This document shows, in pieces, positions 8,486-18,141 of a DNA stretch of 64,000 nucleotides. The position numbers were made by a program, and so were the translations under genes. Origin of the DNA: an uncultured Clostridia bacterium. GTDB taxonomy: Bacteria > Bacillota > Clostridia > Christensenellales > UBA1242. Location: positions 339-64,338 of the forward strand of contig CALWPG010000003.1 of NCBI GenBank assembly GCA_944383375.1, given 5' to 3'. The notes beneath the pieces are model-generated. The model was not told the DNA's origin and ran no database searches. It was given only the letters and a program-made list of their open reading frames with translations. Each line of letters opens with the position of its first letter. The stretch's first letter is position 1.

Positions 8486-9844
8486 ATGCAAGACATAAAA
8501 CAGATGTGGGAAAAAGTTCTATCTAAACTTGAGAGTATGGTCAGTTTTGTATCCTATGAGCTTTGGATAGAAACTTTGGAAGTTCTTGATTACACAGATA
8601 AACTTGTTCTTGTTGCTTCATCACAGAGCGCAAAACGTCAACTTCAAAAAAATCACTCAAAAGAGCTTGTAGAAGCTATTGAAAGTGTTTTTGGCGAAGG
8701 CACAAACTTTGAGGTTTTGGATCCGCAAGAAAAAGAAGAGTATTTAAAGAAGAACAACCCTGAAAAAAAGCCAATTCAAAATGATGAATTAAAAAGGATG
8801 ATGTTTAATCCAAAATACACTTTTGACAACTTTATTGTTGGAAAGAGCAATCAGTTTTGTTACGCAGCAGCACGTGCAGTGGCTGAAAATCCAGGACACA
8901 AACTTAATCCCCTATTTATATATGGTGGAGTTGGACTTGGAAAAACTCACCTACTTCATGCCATTGGAAATTACCTTAAGCAATCAAACCCAAAACTCAA
9001 AATTGAGTATGTGACCTGCGATCAATTCACCAACGACTACATAGAATCACTTGGCACAAACAAGGAAAAGGGTTCAGTTAAAGGCACGGCGCAATTTCGC
9101 GAGAAGTACAGAAATCTTGATGTTTTGATGGTGGACGACATTCAGTTCATCGCAGGTAGGACAAGCACACAGGAAGAATTCTTCCACACCTTTAATGACC
9201 TTTACCAACAAAACAAACAAATAATCATTTCCTCGGATAGACCTCCAAAAGAAATTGAAACTTTGGCTGACAGGCTTGTAAGCAGACTTAGTAGTGGACT
9301 CATTCAAGATATGCAAATGCCCGATTTTGAAACAAGAGTGGCAATCTTAAGAAAAAAAGCTCAACTTGAAAGGTACTTTATAGATGATGATGTCATTGAA
9401 TTCATCGCTGAAAAGGTTGATACAAACATTCGTGAAATGGAAGGGCTTTTGAGTAAAGTATATTTCTTTGCGACCTTGCTTGGGAAAAAATCTGCTTCCA
9501 TTGAAGAGGCAAAAGAGGCCTTTAAAGAACAAATAGATGTCAAAAAAGAAAAACTCACTCCAGAGGTTATCATCCAAACGGTTTGCGACTACTATGGCAT
9601 AGGCTACAATGAAATCACTGGAAAGAAAAAATCCAAAGAAATTGTTGAACCTAGAATGATGGCTATATATCTTATAAGTGACATGCTCGACATACCTTTG
9701 GTTACCATTGGGAAATTGTTTGGTGGAAGAGATCATACAACAATCATACACTCTCGTGATAAGATAACTGAACTAATGAAAAAAGACCATAAAACGAGAA
9801 CTATTGCCAACGACATAAAGTCCCAAATTGGTGAAAAATGTTGA
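8486..9844 (+). CDS. dnaA: Chromosomal replication initiator protein DnaA
   Basis: Walker A GGVGLGKTHLLHAIGN and C-terminal DNA-binding GGRDHTTIIHSRDKI. Confidence 0.97.
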   Translation: MQDIKQMWEKVLSKLESMVSFVSYELWIETLEVLDYTDKLVLVASSQSAKRQLQKNHSKELVEAIESVFGEGTNFEVLDPQEKEEYLKKNNPEKKPIQNDELKRMMFNPKYTFDNFIVGKSNQFCYAAARAVAENPGHKLNPLFIYGGVGLGKTHLLHAIGNYLKQSNPKLKIEYVTCDQFTNDYIESLGTNKEKGSVKGTAQFREKYRNLDVLMVDDIQFIAGRTSTQEEFFHTFNDLYQQNKQIIISSDRPPKEIETLADRLVSRLSSGLIQDMQMPDFETRVAILRKKAQLERYFIDDDVIEFIAEKVDTNIREMEGLLSKVYFFATLLGKKSASIEEAKEAFKEQIDVKKEKLTPEVIIQTVCDYYGIGYNEITGKKKSKEIVEPRMMAIYLISDMLDIPLVTIGKLFGGRDHTTIIHSRDKITELMKKDHKTRTIANDIKSQIGEKC

Positions 9845-9865
9845 TATGTTTACAAAAAAAATTTT

Positions 9866-10030
9866 TTATCAACAACTTATGCACATAACCTTTTTACAAT
9901 ATAAAGTGCAAAAATTACAGAATTTATTGTTTCAACACAATTTGTAGTGTGACAAAAAGTTAGTTCACATATCCACATCGACTAATATAACAATAACAAT
10001 TAAAAAATAAAAAAATAAAATTAAAAGGAA
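9866..10030. promoter_or_regulatory. dnaA-dnaN spacer with three 1-mismatch DnaA boxes and an AT-rich tract (candidate DUE/incC-like part of oriC)
   Basis: TTATCaACA at 9866-9874, TTATgCACA at 9877-9885, aTATCCACA at 9969-9977; almost pure A/T from about 9985 to 10030. Confidence 0.5.
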
Positions 10031-10039
10031 ATCAAAAAA

Positions 10040-11152
10040 ATGCAAATTTTATGCGAAGGACTTGATCTTGCTGATGCTGTGCTTAAAGTAAGCAAAGCCA
10101 TTGCAGCCAAGACAACAAACCCAGTTTTGGAAGGGATTAAACTTGTGGCAGAGGATGACACATTGACTTTATTTGCCACGGACTTGGAACTCTCCATTGA
10201 AAAGAAAATTCGTGCACAGGTTAAAGAAGAAGGTTCATGTGTTGTGCCTGGTAAGTTCTTTTCTGAATATGTTAAGAAACTCACAAATGACAAGATAGAA
10301 CTAACTTTGGAACAAAACAACGGACTTAAAATAAAATACCTCGACAGCGAAGGATATATTCAATGTTTTGCCGAGAATGAATATCCTGATATAAATTTGA
10401 CTGAATTTAAAGATTATTTTGGCATAAGCAAAAACAACTTAAGAGAACTTATAAACAAAGTAATATTTTCTGTTGCCATAGATGATTCACGTCCAATTCT
10501 TAGAGGATGCTTAATTGAAGTTACAAAAGACGTCGTCAAGGCTGTAACAAGCGATGGATATAGATTGAGTTTGACGAGAAAGGCACTCACCTATTCCAAC
10601 ATGGAAACTTCGTTTATTGTGCCTGACAAGAGTTTAAGAGAAATATCCAAACTTCTTGATGATTCTGATGAACAAGTTAATGTGTATGTAAGCTCCAATT
10701 TCTTAATGGTTGACCAAGGCGACATAAAGATATTTACAAGATTGCTTGAAGGAGAATTTTTAAACTACAAGCAGATCATAATGGCATCAAACAAAGACAC
10801 TGTAATCACCGTGAACAAGGCTCAACTTGTAGACTCACTGGAGAGAGCATCACTGCTTTCAAAGATTGGACAAAACAATTTGGTCAAATTTGATATAAAA
10901 GAAGATACAATGCTTTTAACATCAAATTCTGAGATAGGAAACATAAGAGAAAAAATAAACATTGTGCTTGAAGGAAAAGATTTACTCATCGCCTTTAATG
11001 CAAGGTATTTTCTGGAAGCTTTTAGAGTCATCGATGATGAGTTTGTGAAAATAAATTTCCAAGGGCCAACAAATCCTTGCACAATAACTCCTGTTGACGG
11101 CGAAAAAGAAGAGTATTTGTACCTCATCTTACCTGTTCGAATGATAAATTGA
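10040..11152 (+). CDS. dnaN: DNA polymerase III beta sliding clamp
   Basis: 370 aa immediately after dnaA; typical PVLEGIKL.. N-terminus and ..LILPVRM C-terminus. Confidence 0.95.
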   Translation: MQILCEGLDLADAVLKVSKAIAAKTTNPVLEGIKLVAEDDTLTLFATDLELSIEKKIRAQVKEEGSCVVPGKFFSEYVKKLTNDKIELTLEQNNGLKIKYLDSEGYIQCFAENEYPDINLTEFKDYFGISKNNLRELINKVIFSVAIDDSRPILRGCLIEVTKDVVKAVTSDGYRLSLTRKALTYSNMETSFIVPDKSLREISKLLDDSDEQVNVYVSSNFLMVDQGDIKIFTRLLEGEFLNYKQIIMASNKDTVITVNKAQLVDSLERASLLSKIGQNNLVKFDIKEDTMLLTSNSEIGNIREKINIVLEGKDLLIAFNARYFLEAFRVIDDEFVKINFQGPTNPCTITPVDGEKEEYLYLILPVRMIN

Positions 11153-11181
11153 TTGACAAATAAACATTTGTTATATATACT

Positions 11182-11215
11182 AGAATAGTTTTGCAAAAGA
11201 CTATTCTTGTTTTTT
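11182..11215 (+). terminator. Intrinsic terminator after dnaN
   Basis: AGAATAGT-10 nt loop-ACTATTCT followed by TGTTTTTT. Confidence 0.6.
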
Positions 11216-11261
11216 ATCGTCGGTCTACTTGTGAAACCAAAAAGAATAGGAGGAAATTTTT

Positions 11262-11402
11262 ATGGCAATGAAGAGAACATATCAACCAAAAAAGAGAAGA
11301 AGACAAAAAGTTCATGGCTTTAGGCAAAGAATGCGCACCCAAGGCGGCAGAAACGTTCTCAAAAGAAGAAGAAACAGAGGCAGAAAAGTATTGGCAGCAT
11401 AA
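11262..11402 (+). CDS. rpmH: 50S ribosomal protein L34
   Basis: Below the ORF-track size cutoff. Hand translation [46 protein letters not shown]; RBS AGGAGG. Confidence 0.95.
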   Translation: MAMKRTYQPKKRRRQKVHGFRQRMRTQGGRNVLKRRRNRGRKVLAA

Positions 11403-11405
11403 GCT

Positions 11406-11753
11406 ATGATTAAAAGTGAAAACAGGTTAAGAAAAAACAAGCATTTCAAGTATATCTATCACCGAGGAGAAACAAATAGTTTGGGATATATAGCCATGTC
11501 ATATATCTCGACAAAATTTGATGTAATGAAAGTAGGTTTTTCCGTGTCAAAAAAGATAGGCAAAAGTGTGGTTCGAAACAAAGTTAAAAGAAGATTAAGG
11601 GAGTGCTTTTGTGCACTTAAAAAAAATATTAATCCACACTACAACTACATTTTTGGTGCAAAGGTGGGAATTGAAAATTTGTCCTTTGAACAGATGAAAA
11701 ATAATATGATGGAATTACTCAAAAAAAATGGACTTTATGTCGAAAGTAATTAG
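11406..11753 (+). CDS. rnpA: Ribonuclease P protein component
   Basis: Follows rpmH; basic 115-aa protein with KKIGKSVVRNKVKRRLRE. Confidence 0.9.
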   Translation: MIKSENRLRKNKHFKYIYHRGETNSLGYIAMSYISTKFDVMKVGFSVSKKIGKSVVRNKVKRRLRECFCALKKNINPHYNYIFGAKVGIENLSFEQMKNNMMELLKKNGLYVESN

Positions 11754-12012
11754 TGTTATTACCTACCCTTTTAAACTTATTTTCATTTTTTTTATAAAGG
11801 TGTACAAATGGTGCATTTCACCTTTGCTTCCTCACACGTGTAGATATATCCCCTCTTGCTCAACTTATGCCATTTTGGCTATAAAAAGTTTTGGAATTTT
11901 TAAGGGCAGCGCACTTGCGATGAAACGTATTTTAAGATGCACACCAAACAATAAGGCAGGGTTTGACCTTTTGCCACAAAACATCAAGGGAGACAGCAAA
12001 TGGATAATTTAA
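11728..12012 (+). CDS. yidD: Membrane protein insertion efficiency factor YidD
   Basis: YKWCISPLLPHTCRYIPSCSTYA..ILRCTP motif. The start is uncertain (ATG 11728 or 11737). Confidence 0.85.
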   Translation: MDFMSKVISVITYPFKLIFIFFIKVYKWCISPLLPHTCRYIPSCSTYAILAIKSFGIFKGSALAMKRILRCTPNNKAGFDLLPQNIKGDSKWII

Positions 12013-13079
12013 TTTCTTCGTTGTTGGCAACTCAGCCAACGGGGATGTGGGAGACTATATTAACTTTTTTTGAAAGTGGAATTGGCAATTTTGCAATATC
12101 CATAATATTACTAACTCTGATAATCAAATTGGTAATGTCCCCACTGGACTTTTTCAATAGAAGAATGTCCAACAACATGTCAAAAATGCAAGCCAAAATC
12201 CAACCACAGATGGAAGCTATAAACAAAAAATATGCAAATGATCCCAACATGAAAAACCAAAAGCTTTCCGAACTTTACAAGCGCGAGAAAGTCAATCCTA
12301 TGGGGTCTTGCTGGTTTATGCTACTAAACTTGGGTTTGACACTTGCAATTTTCATCACCTTACTAAACGGCATGAACGCTATGGCAAGTTACAAAATTCA
12401 GTCACAATACGAACAACTGATGGTGGCTTATGTTCAAGACTATGCTGGTGACAGATTGGTTTTGGAGCAAGAAGATGCCAGCGTGTTTGAAATTTGCTTG
12501 CCATTTATTGAAGAAATGAACGCAATAAGCGATGAACAACAAAAACAACAGGTTTTTGAAGTTGCTGACCAAAATGTTGTGACTGTTTATGAACAGACTA
12601 AAGAAAGCTTTTTGTGGATAGATAATATTTGGATAGCGGACAATCCTTTCAAGAACTCTATCCCTTCGTATAGTGAGTATGCTTCAGTTGCAAGGTTAAG
12701 CGAAGAAGAAAAAAACAACGAGAATTTCCAAGTTGTGTACGATCAGATCATGGATCCTTTGAGAAATAGCTATGGAAAAACAAACGGGTATTTTATCTTG
12801 CTTGTGATCTGTGCGGGTGTGACATTTTTAAATCAGTGGCTCATAATTCGCAAAAACAAACAAAAGGGAGCACAAAAAGCAGGATATGGAACTGCAATAT
12901 TCATGACTATTTTTATGGCATTCTTTACTCTACTTTACACCACAATGTTTTCACTTTACATGATAACAGGACAAATTGTTGGACTTGTTATGACCCCAAT
13001 ATTTGATGCTATCAACAAAGCGATTGACAAACGCAAAGAAAAGAAAAATGAACCAAAGGATAGGCTCAAAAGAATTTAA
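12000..13079 (+). CDS. yidC: Membrane protein insertase YidC/SpoIIIJ family
   Basis: Position in the rnpA-yidD-yidC-jag operon; multi-TM; ..KMQAKIQPQMEAINKKYANDP..LSELYKREKVNPMGSC. Confidence 0.9.
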   Translation: MDNLISSLLATQPTGMWETILTFFESGIGNFAISIILLTLIIKLVMSPLDFFNRRMSNNMSKMQAKIQPQMEAINKKYANDPNMKNQKLSELYKREKVNPMGSCWFMLLNLGLTLAIFITLLNGMNAMASYKIQSQYEQLMVAYVQDYAGDRLVLEQEDASVFEICLPFIEEMNAISDEQQKQQVFEVADQNVVTVYEQTKESFLWIDNIWIADNPFKNSIPSYSEYASVARLSEEEKNNENFQVVYDQIMDPLRNSYGKTNGYFILLVICAGVTFLNQWLIIRKNKQKGAQKAGYGTAIFMTIFMAFFTLLYTTMFSLYMITGQIVGLVMTPIFDAINKAIDKRKEKKNEPKDRLKRI

Positions 13080-13101
13080 ATAAATTTAAGGAGGAAAACA
13101 T

Positions 13102-13896
13102 ATGCTCGAAGTGGAAGCTACTGGAAAAAATTTGGAGCAAGCGATAGAGAATGCACTTTTTGAACTAAAAGCTCCAAGAGAAGATGTCGATATAAAAATT
13201 TTAGATGAAGGTGGATTTTTTAGAAAAGCAAAAGTACGCGTTAGTATCTCCCCTGACGAAATTGAAAAATATCAAAAGAGAGAGAAAAGGCTAGAAGACG
13301 AACAAAGTTTACAAGACAATGAACAAGAGGACGTAGGCGACGTTGAAGAAAACAATCCCTCAAATGAAGAAATTGAAGATGAAAAGCAGAATGAAGAAAC
13401 AAGGACTGAAGAATTAAGCCAGCTAAACACTGTAAAAAAACAAACCAACAAAAGTGAACTAAGTGTGGCAAAAGATTTCTTGGACGGATTAATCAAAATG
13501 GCAAGTTTAAACGGAAGTGTGGAACTATACGAAGAGGACGATGCCATCTATGCCAACATTGCAGGATTTAGCGATGTAATTGGCTACCGTGGAGAAGGAC
13601 TCAACGCGCTACAGTACCTTAGCACCGTTGTTGCAAGTAAGCACAACAGGCATGCGAAACCAATCAGGATTGACTGTGATGGATACAGAAAGCGCAGAGA
13701 AAGTTCACTTGTTGCACTTGCGCAAAGAATGGCAAGAAAAGTTGAACGTACCCATTCCAGTGTAAAGCTTGAACCTATGACACCTCAGGAAAGAAGAATA
13801 ATCCATATGGCTTTGGCAGATAATGAGAATATAGAGACGTTGTCCAAAGGCGAAGAACCTCATAGATATTTGATTATAAGGTCAAAAAATGATTAA
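13102..13896 (+). CDS. jag: Jag/KhpB RNA-binding protein (Jag_N, KH, R3H)
   Basis: N-terminal GKNLEQAIENALFELK and C-terminal R3H LEPMTPQERRIIHMAL. Confidence 0.9.
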   Translation: MLEVEATGKNLEQAIENALFELKAPREDVDIKILDEGGFFRKAKVRVSISPDEIEKYQKREKRLEDEQSLQDNEQEDVGDVEENNPSNEEIEDEKQNEETRTEELSQLNTVKKQTNKSELSVAKDFLDGLIKMASLNGSVELYEEDDAIYANIAGFSDVIGYRGEGLNALQYLSTVVASKHNRHAKPIRIDCDGYRKRRESSLVALAQRMARKVERTHSSVKLEPMTPQERRIIHMALADNENIETLSKGEEPHRYLIIRSKND

Positions 13897-13898
13897 AG

Positions 13899-13925
13899 AA
13901 CTGCAAAATATTGCAGTTTTTTTAT
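13899..13925 (+). terminator. Intrinsic terminator after jag
   Basis: AACTGCAA-AATA-TTGCAGTT followed by T7. Confidence 0.75.
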
Positions 13926-13961
13926 CTTGAAAATAAATGTGATATATGGTAAGATTAAAAT

Positions 13962-14912
13962 ATGTTAAAAAACATTGAAAAGTATATCAAGTTAAAATGT
14001 GTCAACTTAAAAAACGTTGAAACAATAGATAGCAACATTGAAAGAGGTGTCTCATCGGAAGAATTTGGAAATGTTTGGTTTTTGCTTCCAAAGGGCAATG
14101 CAATTTTTAAAACCTATGCAAATAGATTTTTAAATAATGTTAAAGATGAAAGGTTTGTAAATGAACTTTTATGTTGTGAGCTAGCGAAGATGGTTGGAGT
14201 TGATTGTGCAGAGTATGAAGTCGCCACCAAAAACGGACGTGTTGGAATCTTAAGTTATAACATACTACGCAAAGATGAAACATTAAGAACACTAGCCCAG
14301 GTTTATCTTTATAACGACCTAACACTATCTGATATATATCAAGGAGTCAAAGAAGATTGTGAAAAGCGAGCAATTACACTTGACAAGGATTTTGCTTTTG
14401 ACCTTTACAAGATGATGGTGTTCGATATTTTGACTCTACAACAAGATAGGCATGCCAGCAATATTCATATAGTTCATAATGAAAAATTTAATTTTAGAAA
14501 ACTTTCACCCTTGATAGATAACGAATTTGCCTTCTGCACCAAATCCTTAGGATTTACCAAAGCCAAATATGAAGATTTTCAAAACTTTTTGTTTACAAGC
14601 ATGAACGATGGATATAAAACTAGAATGTACAATTACTTGAAAATAAAAAGAAATGAGTCATATGAAGAAAATTTAAGCCGGCTTGTCGATTATGCAAGAA
14701 TTGATAAGAGAAGATACGATTTTTTGAAAAATGCAATAAAGAATTTTGACGTTGATAAAGCTTTTGACATAATAGAAAATAAATATTCAGTATTTTTACC
14801 GAATTACAAAAAATATGTAAAAAATGTATCAAACATTATAAAAAATGAATTAGTAAAAAGAATTAATATGGTTGAGAAAAATACTTCAAAGGAAAATGAA
14901 CTTACCTATTAA
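13962..14912 (+). CDS. HipA_C / PI3-PI4-kinase-like protein kinase-fold protein
   Basis: Catalytic-loop-like LQQDRHASNIHIV (DRHxxN) and metal-binding-like SPLIDNEFAF. No HipA N-domain and no HipB-like neighbour. Confidence 0.65.
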   Translation: MLKNIEKYIKLKCVNLKNVETIDSNIERGVSSEEFGNVWFLLPKGNAIFKTYANRFLNNVKDERFVNELLCCELAKMVGVDCAEYEVATKNGRVGILSYNILRKDETLRTLAQVYLYNDLTLSDIYQGVKEDCEKRAITLDKDFAFDLYKMMVFDILTLQQDRHASNIHIVHNEKFNFRKLSPLIDNEFAFCTKSLGFTKAKYEDFQNFLFTSMNDGYKTRMYNYLKIKRNESYEENLSRLVDYARIDKRRYDFLKNAIKNFDVDKAFDIIENKYSVFLPNYKKYVKNVSNIIKNELVKRINMVEKNTSKENELTY

Positions 14913-14953
14913 TAAAAGATTGTTATTTTTTTACGTTGTGTTATAATACTTGT

Positions 14954-16282
14954 ATGAGTACCATAGCACAAATTTCTACACCACTGGGAAGTGGAGGTAT
15001 TGCAATCGTAAGAATCAGTGGAGAAAGTGCGCTTGAGATAGGGCGCAGCCTTTTTTATTGCAAAAAATTACAAAATTCAGATATTTTGCCAAGAATGTTG
15101 TACCTTGGTGATTTTGAGTTAGATGACGCAACAGAAAAGTGTATGATGGTGTACTTTAAGGCACCCTATTCTTTTACCGGCGAAGATGTTGTGGAATTCC
15201 AAATTCATGGTGGAGAATATTTGGCCGCAAAAGTACTTGACAAAATTTTGGAAAAAGGTGCAGTTTTGGCTGAAAATGGAGAATTTTCAAAACGTGCTTT
15301 TTTAAATGGAAAGATGTCACTAGATGAGGCCGAGGCGACAATAGACATGATAATGTCCACAAGTGATGCACAACTCAAAGCTTCAAGTAAACTGGCACAT
15401 GGCAACTTGTACAAAACTGTAAAAGAAATTCAGGACAACATAAAGGACAGTTTGGCAAGTTTGGAAGTTACCTTGGATTATCCTGAACATGATGATGAAC
15501 AAACATCAATTGACGATGTGAAAACTGTATTAACAAATGCGCTTGATAGATTGCAAAAATTACAAGACACTTTTAGCGAGGGAGAAAAGATAAGATTTGG
15601 CATTGATGTTGCAATTGTTGGAAAGCCAAACGTTGGCAAAAGTAGTTTGCTAAATGCCCTTATTGGAGAAGATAGAGCCATAGTCACAAATATTAAAGGG
15701 ACAACAAGAGATACATTAAAAGAAACCATAAATTACCAAGGTCTAAAGATAAATTTCATAGACACAGCGGGAATAAGAGATAGCGACGATGCTGTTGAAA
15801 AGATTGGAGTTCAAAAAAGTATCCAAAGCATTGAAGAAAGCGACATAATACTTTTTGTTTTGGATTCAAGCGAAGATATGGACAAAGAGGACAAAGAACT
15901 CGAGAAATTGCTTAAAGATAAAAAAGTAATATATGTACTAAACAAAAGTGACAAAAAAAATAAGCTTCAATTACCAAATGGCCTATATGTAAGTGCAATG
16001 AATGGAGAAAACATAGAGAAAATCCTTGATGAAATTTTAAAAAGAACAAGGATGGATAAGATAGATTATAGCCAACTTTACATTACCAACAAAAGACACT
16101 ATGAAGCATTAAAAAGTGCTATCAATAGCATAAAACAAGTACTAGAAGAAAAAATCTTTACAACCGACATTATCGATATGCAAATTAAAAAAATTTGGCA
16201 AAAATTAGGAGAAATTACAGGAGAAACGGCAAATGAAGCGATAATTGACGAAATTTTTAGCAAATTTTGCTTAGGAAAATAA
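14954..16282 (+). CDS. mnmE: tRNA modification GTPase MnmE
   Basis: G1 GKPNVGKSSLLNAL, DTAG and C-terminal CLGK. Start moved to ATG 14954. Confidence 0.95.
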   Translation: MSTIAQISTPLGSGGIAIVRISGESALEIGRSLFYCKKLQNSDILPRMLYLGDFELDDATEKCMMVYFKAPYSFTGEDVVEFQIHGGEYLAAKVLDKILEKGAVLAENGEFSKRAFLNGKMSLDEAEATIDMIMSTSDAQLKASSKLAHGNLYKTVKEIQDNIKDSLASLEVTLDYPEHDDEQTSIDDVKTVLTNALDRLQKLQDTFSEGEKIRFGIDVAIVGKPNVGKSSLLNALIGEDRAIVTNIKGTTRDTLKETINYQGLKINFIDTAGIRDSDDAVEKIGVQKSIQSIEESDIILFVLDSSEDMDKEDKELEKLLKDKKVIYVLNKSDKKNKLQLPNGLYVSAMNGENIEKILDEILKRTRMDKIDYSQLYITNKRHYEALKSAINSIKQVLEEKIFTTDIIDMQIKKIWQKLGEITGETANEAIIDEIFSKFCLGK

Positions 16283-16285
16283 AAA

Positions 16286-18139
16286 ATGGATGAAATTTTT
16301 GATTGTATAGTTATTGGTGGAGGCCATGCCGGATGCGAAAGTGCATTGGCATTGGCAAGACTGAATAAAAAGACACTGCTTTTAACCATTAGTTTGGACG
16401 CTATTGGTTTTTTGCCATGCAATCCAAGTATTGGTGGAACGGCAAAAGGACATCTAGTCTGTGAGATAGATGCACTCGGTGGAGAAATGGGAGTTTGCGC
16501 AGACAAGAGCGCAATTCAAATACGAATGTTGAATCGTGGAAAGGGACCTGCAGTATATTCACTTAGAGCGCAGGTGGATAAACAAACGTATCACAATAAC
16601 ATGAAAAGGACGCTGGAAGAAAATACAAACATAACAATAAAACAAGCCGAGGTGGACGAGATACTATGTGACGGCGAAAAAGTTTGTGGAGTTGTAACCT
16701 CACAAGGCGAAAAATATTTGGCAAAAAGCATAATAATTTGCAGTGGAGTTTACCTAAAAAGCAAAATTATAATTGGAGAATACAGCAAAGAGAGTGGTCC
16801 AAACGGGTTTTTGCGCAGTGAAAAGTTGAGCGATAGTTTAAAAAATTTAGGCATTCAATTAAAACGTTTCAAAACCGGAACCCCGGCTAGAATGAATGGA
16901 CGAACCATAGATTTTTCAAAACTTGTGGTTCAACATGGCGAAGATGATATCCAGACCTTTAGTTTCATGACAGAAAACCCACCACAAAATGTGAAGGATT
17001 GTTATTTGACATATACAAATGAAAAAACACATGAAATAATTAAAAATAACCTATCAAGAGCACCAATGTACAGTGGAATAATCAAAGGAGTCGGTCCAAG
17101 GTACTGCCCTTCCATTGAAGACAAGGTCGTCAGGTTTGCAGATAAATCACGACATCAAATCTTTTTGGAGCCCGAAGGATTATACACCAATGAAGTGTAT
17201 GTTCAGGGTGTTTCCACTTCCCTGCCCGTTGATGTACAAAAGCAGATGTATAGAAGTATTGAAGGTCTGGAAAATGCACAGATTATGCGCGACGCATATG
17301 CAATTGAGTATGATCTCATTGAAAGTACCGAACTTTTGCCCTCACTCATGCACAGGAAGATAAAAGGACTTTTCTTTGCTGGACAAATCAATGGCACAAG
17401 TGGATACGAAGAGGCAGCGGCCCAAGGGCTGATGGCCGGAATAAATGCTTCAAGATACATGGACAACAAGTCGCCATTGATACTTGGACGTGACCAGGCA
17501 TACATTGGAGTATTGATTGATGACCTTGTGACAAAAGAGACTAATGAACCATATCGAATGATGACCTCTCGTGCTGAGTACAGATTACATTTAAGACAGG
17601 ATAATGCCGACGTAAGGCTTACAGGCATAGGAAGAGAAATAGGGCTTGTAAGTGACAAAAGGTGGGAAAAATTTCAAAAAAAACAGCAAGAAATTGAAAA
17701 AATTTACAATATTTTAAATACAAAAATAAAAGTTGAGCAGTTAAAAGATTTTTATATTCAACAAAATGAAAGTGTTCCAACAACTTCTCAGACATTAAAA
17801 ATGATGATTAAAAGGTCAAATATTGACATATTTGATGTCAACCAAAAATTTCACTTTTTTGATGAATTTTCAAAAAGAGCTCTTGAGTATGTAAACACTG
17901 AAGTGAAATTTGAAGGATATCTAAAACAAGAAGAAGAGGATATTCAGAATTTTAAAAAACAAGAAAATATGCTGATTCCAAAGGATTTTGACTACAAAAA
18001 ACTTAAAGGACTTAGGATTGAAGCTCAGCAAAAACTAGATAAGATTAGACCACTTTCAATTGGGCAGGCTTCAAGAATATCTGGTGTCTCACCTGCCGAT
18101 GTGACGATTCTTATGATGTATATAAAAAATACGAGGTAA
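16286..18139 (+). CDS. mnmG: tRNA uridine 5-carboxymethylaminomethyl modification enzyme MnmG
   Basis: FAD-binding IVIGGGHAGCESA, 617 aa, follows mnmE. Confidence 0.96.
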   Translation: MDEIFDCIVIGGGHAGCESALALARLNKKTLLLTISLDAIGFLPCNPSIGGTAKGHLVCEIDALGGEMGVCADKSAIQIRMLNRGKGPAVYSLRAQVDKQTYHNNMKRTLEENTNITIKQAEVDEILCDGEKVCGVVTSQGEKYLAKSIIICSGVYLKSKIIIGEYSKESGPNGFLRSEKLSDSLKNLGIQLKRFKTGTPARMNGRTIDFSKLVVQHGEDDIQTFSFMTENPPQNVKDCYLTYTNEKTHEIIKNNLSRAPMYSGIIKGVGPRYCPSIEDKVVRFADKSRHQIFLEPEGLYTNEVYVQGVSTSLPVDVQKQMYRSIEGLENAQIMRDAYAIEYDLIESTELLPSLMHRKIKGLFFAGQINGTSGYEEAAAQGLMAGINASRYMDNKSPLILGRDQAYIGVLIDDLVTKETNEPYRMMTSRAEYRLHLRQDNADVRLTGIGREIGLVSDKRWEKFQKKQQEIEKIYNILNTKIKVEQLKDFYIQQNESVPTTSQTLKMMIKRSNIDIFDVNQKFHFFDEFSKRALEYVNTEVKFEGYLKQEEEDIQNFKKQENMLIPKDFDYKKLKGLRIEAQQKLDKIRPLSIGQASRISGVSPADVTILMMYIKNTR

Positions 18140-18141
18140 AA

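Noticed and set aside
9347-9751. Long antisense ORFs inside well-supported genes (e.g. 9347-9751, 16099-16506, 17203-17658, 31780-32295, 36906-37445, 54193-54858, 57601-58092, 57869-58264)
   Set aside because: Each is fully embedded antisense or out of frame in a gene with strong family motifs. Their composition (Ser/Phe/Leu-rich) is typical of shadow frames in AT-rich DNA.
11153-11181. Consensus-like promoter TTGACA-17-TATACT right after the dnaN stop
   Set aside because: The predicted start site falls inside the 5' arm of the dnaN terminator hairpin (11182-11215). I cannot decide between a real rpmH promoter and chance, so it is not reported as a feature.
13962-14912. Classical hipBA toxin-antitoxin module
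   Set aside because: There is no HipB/XRE gene adjacent and no HipA N-terminal domain. I kept it only as an uncharacterised kinase-fold insertion.
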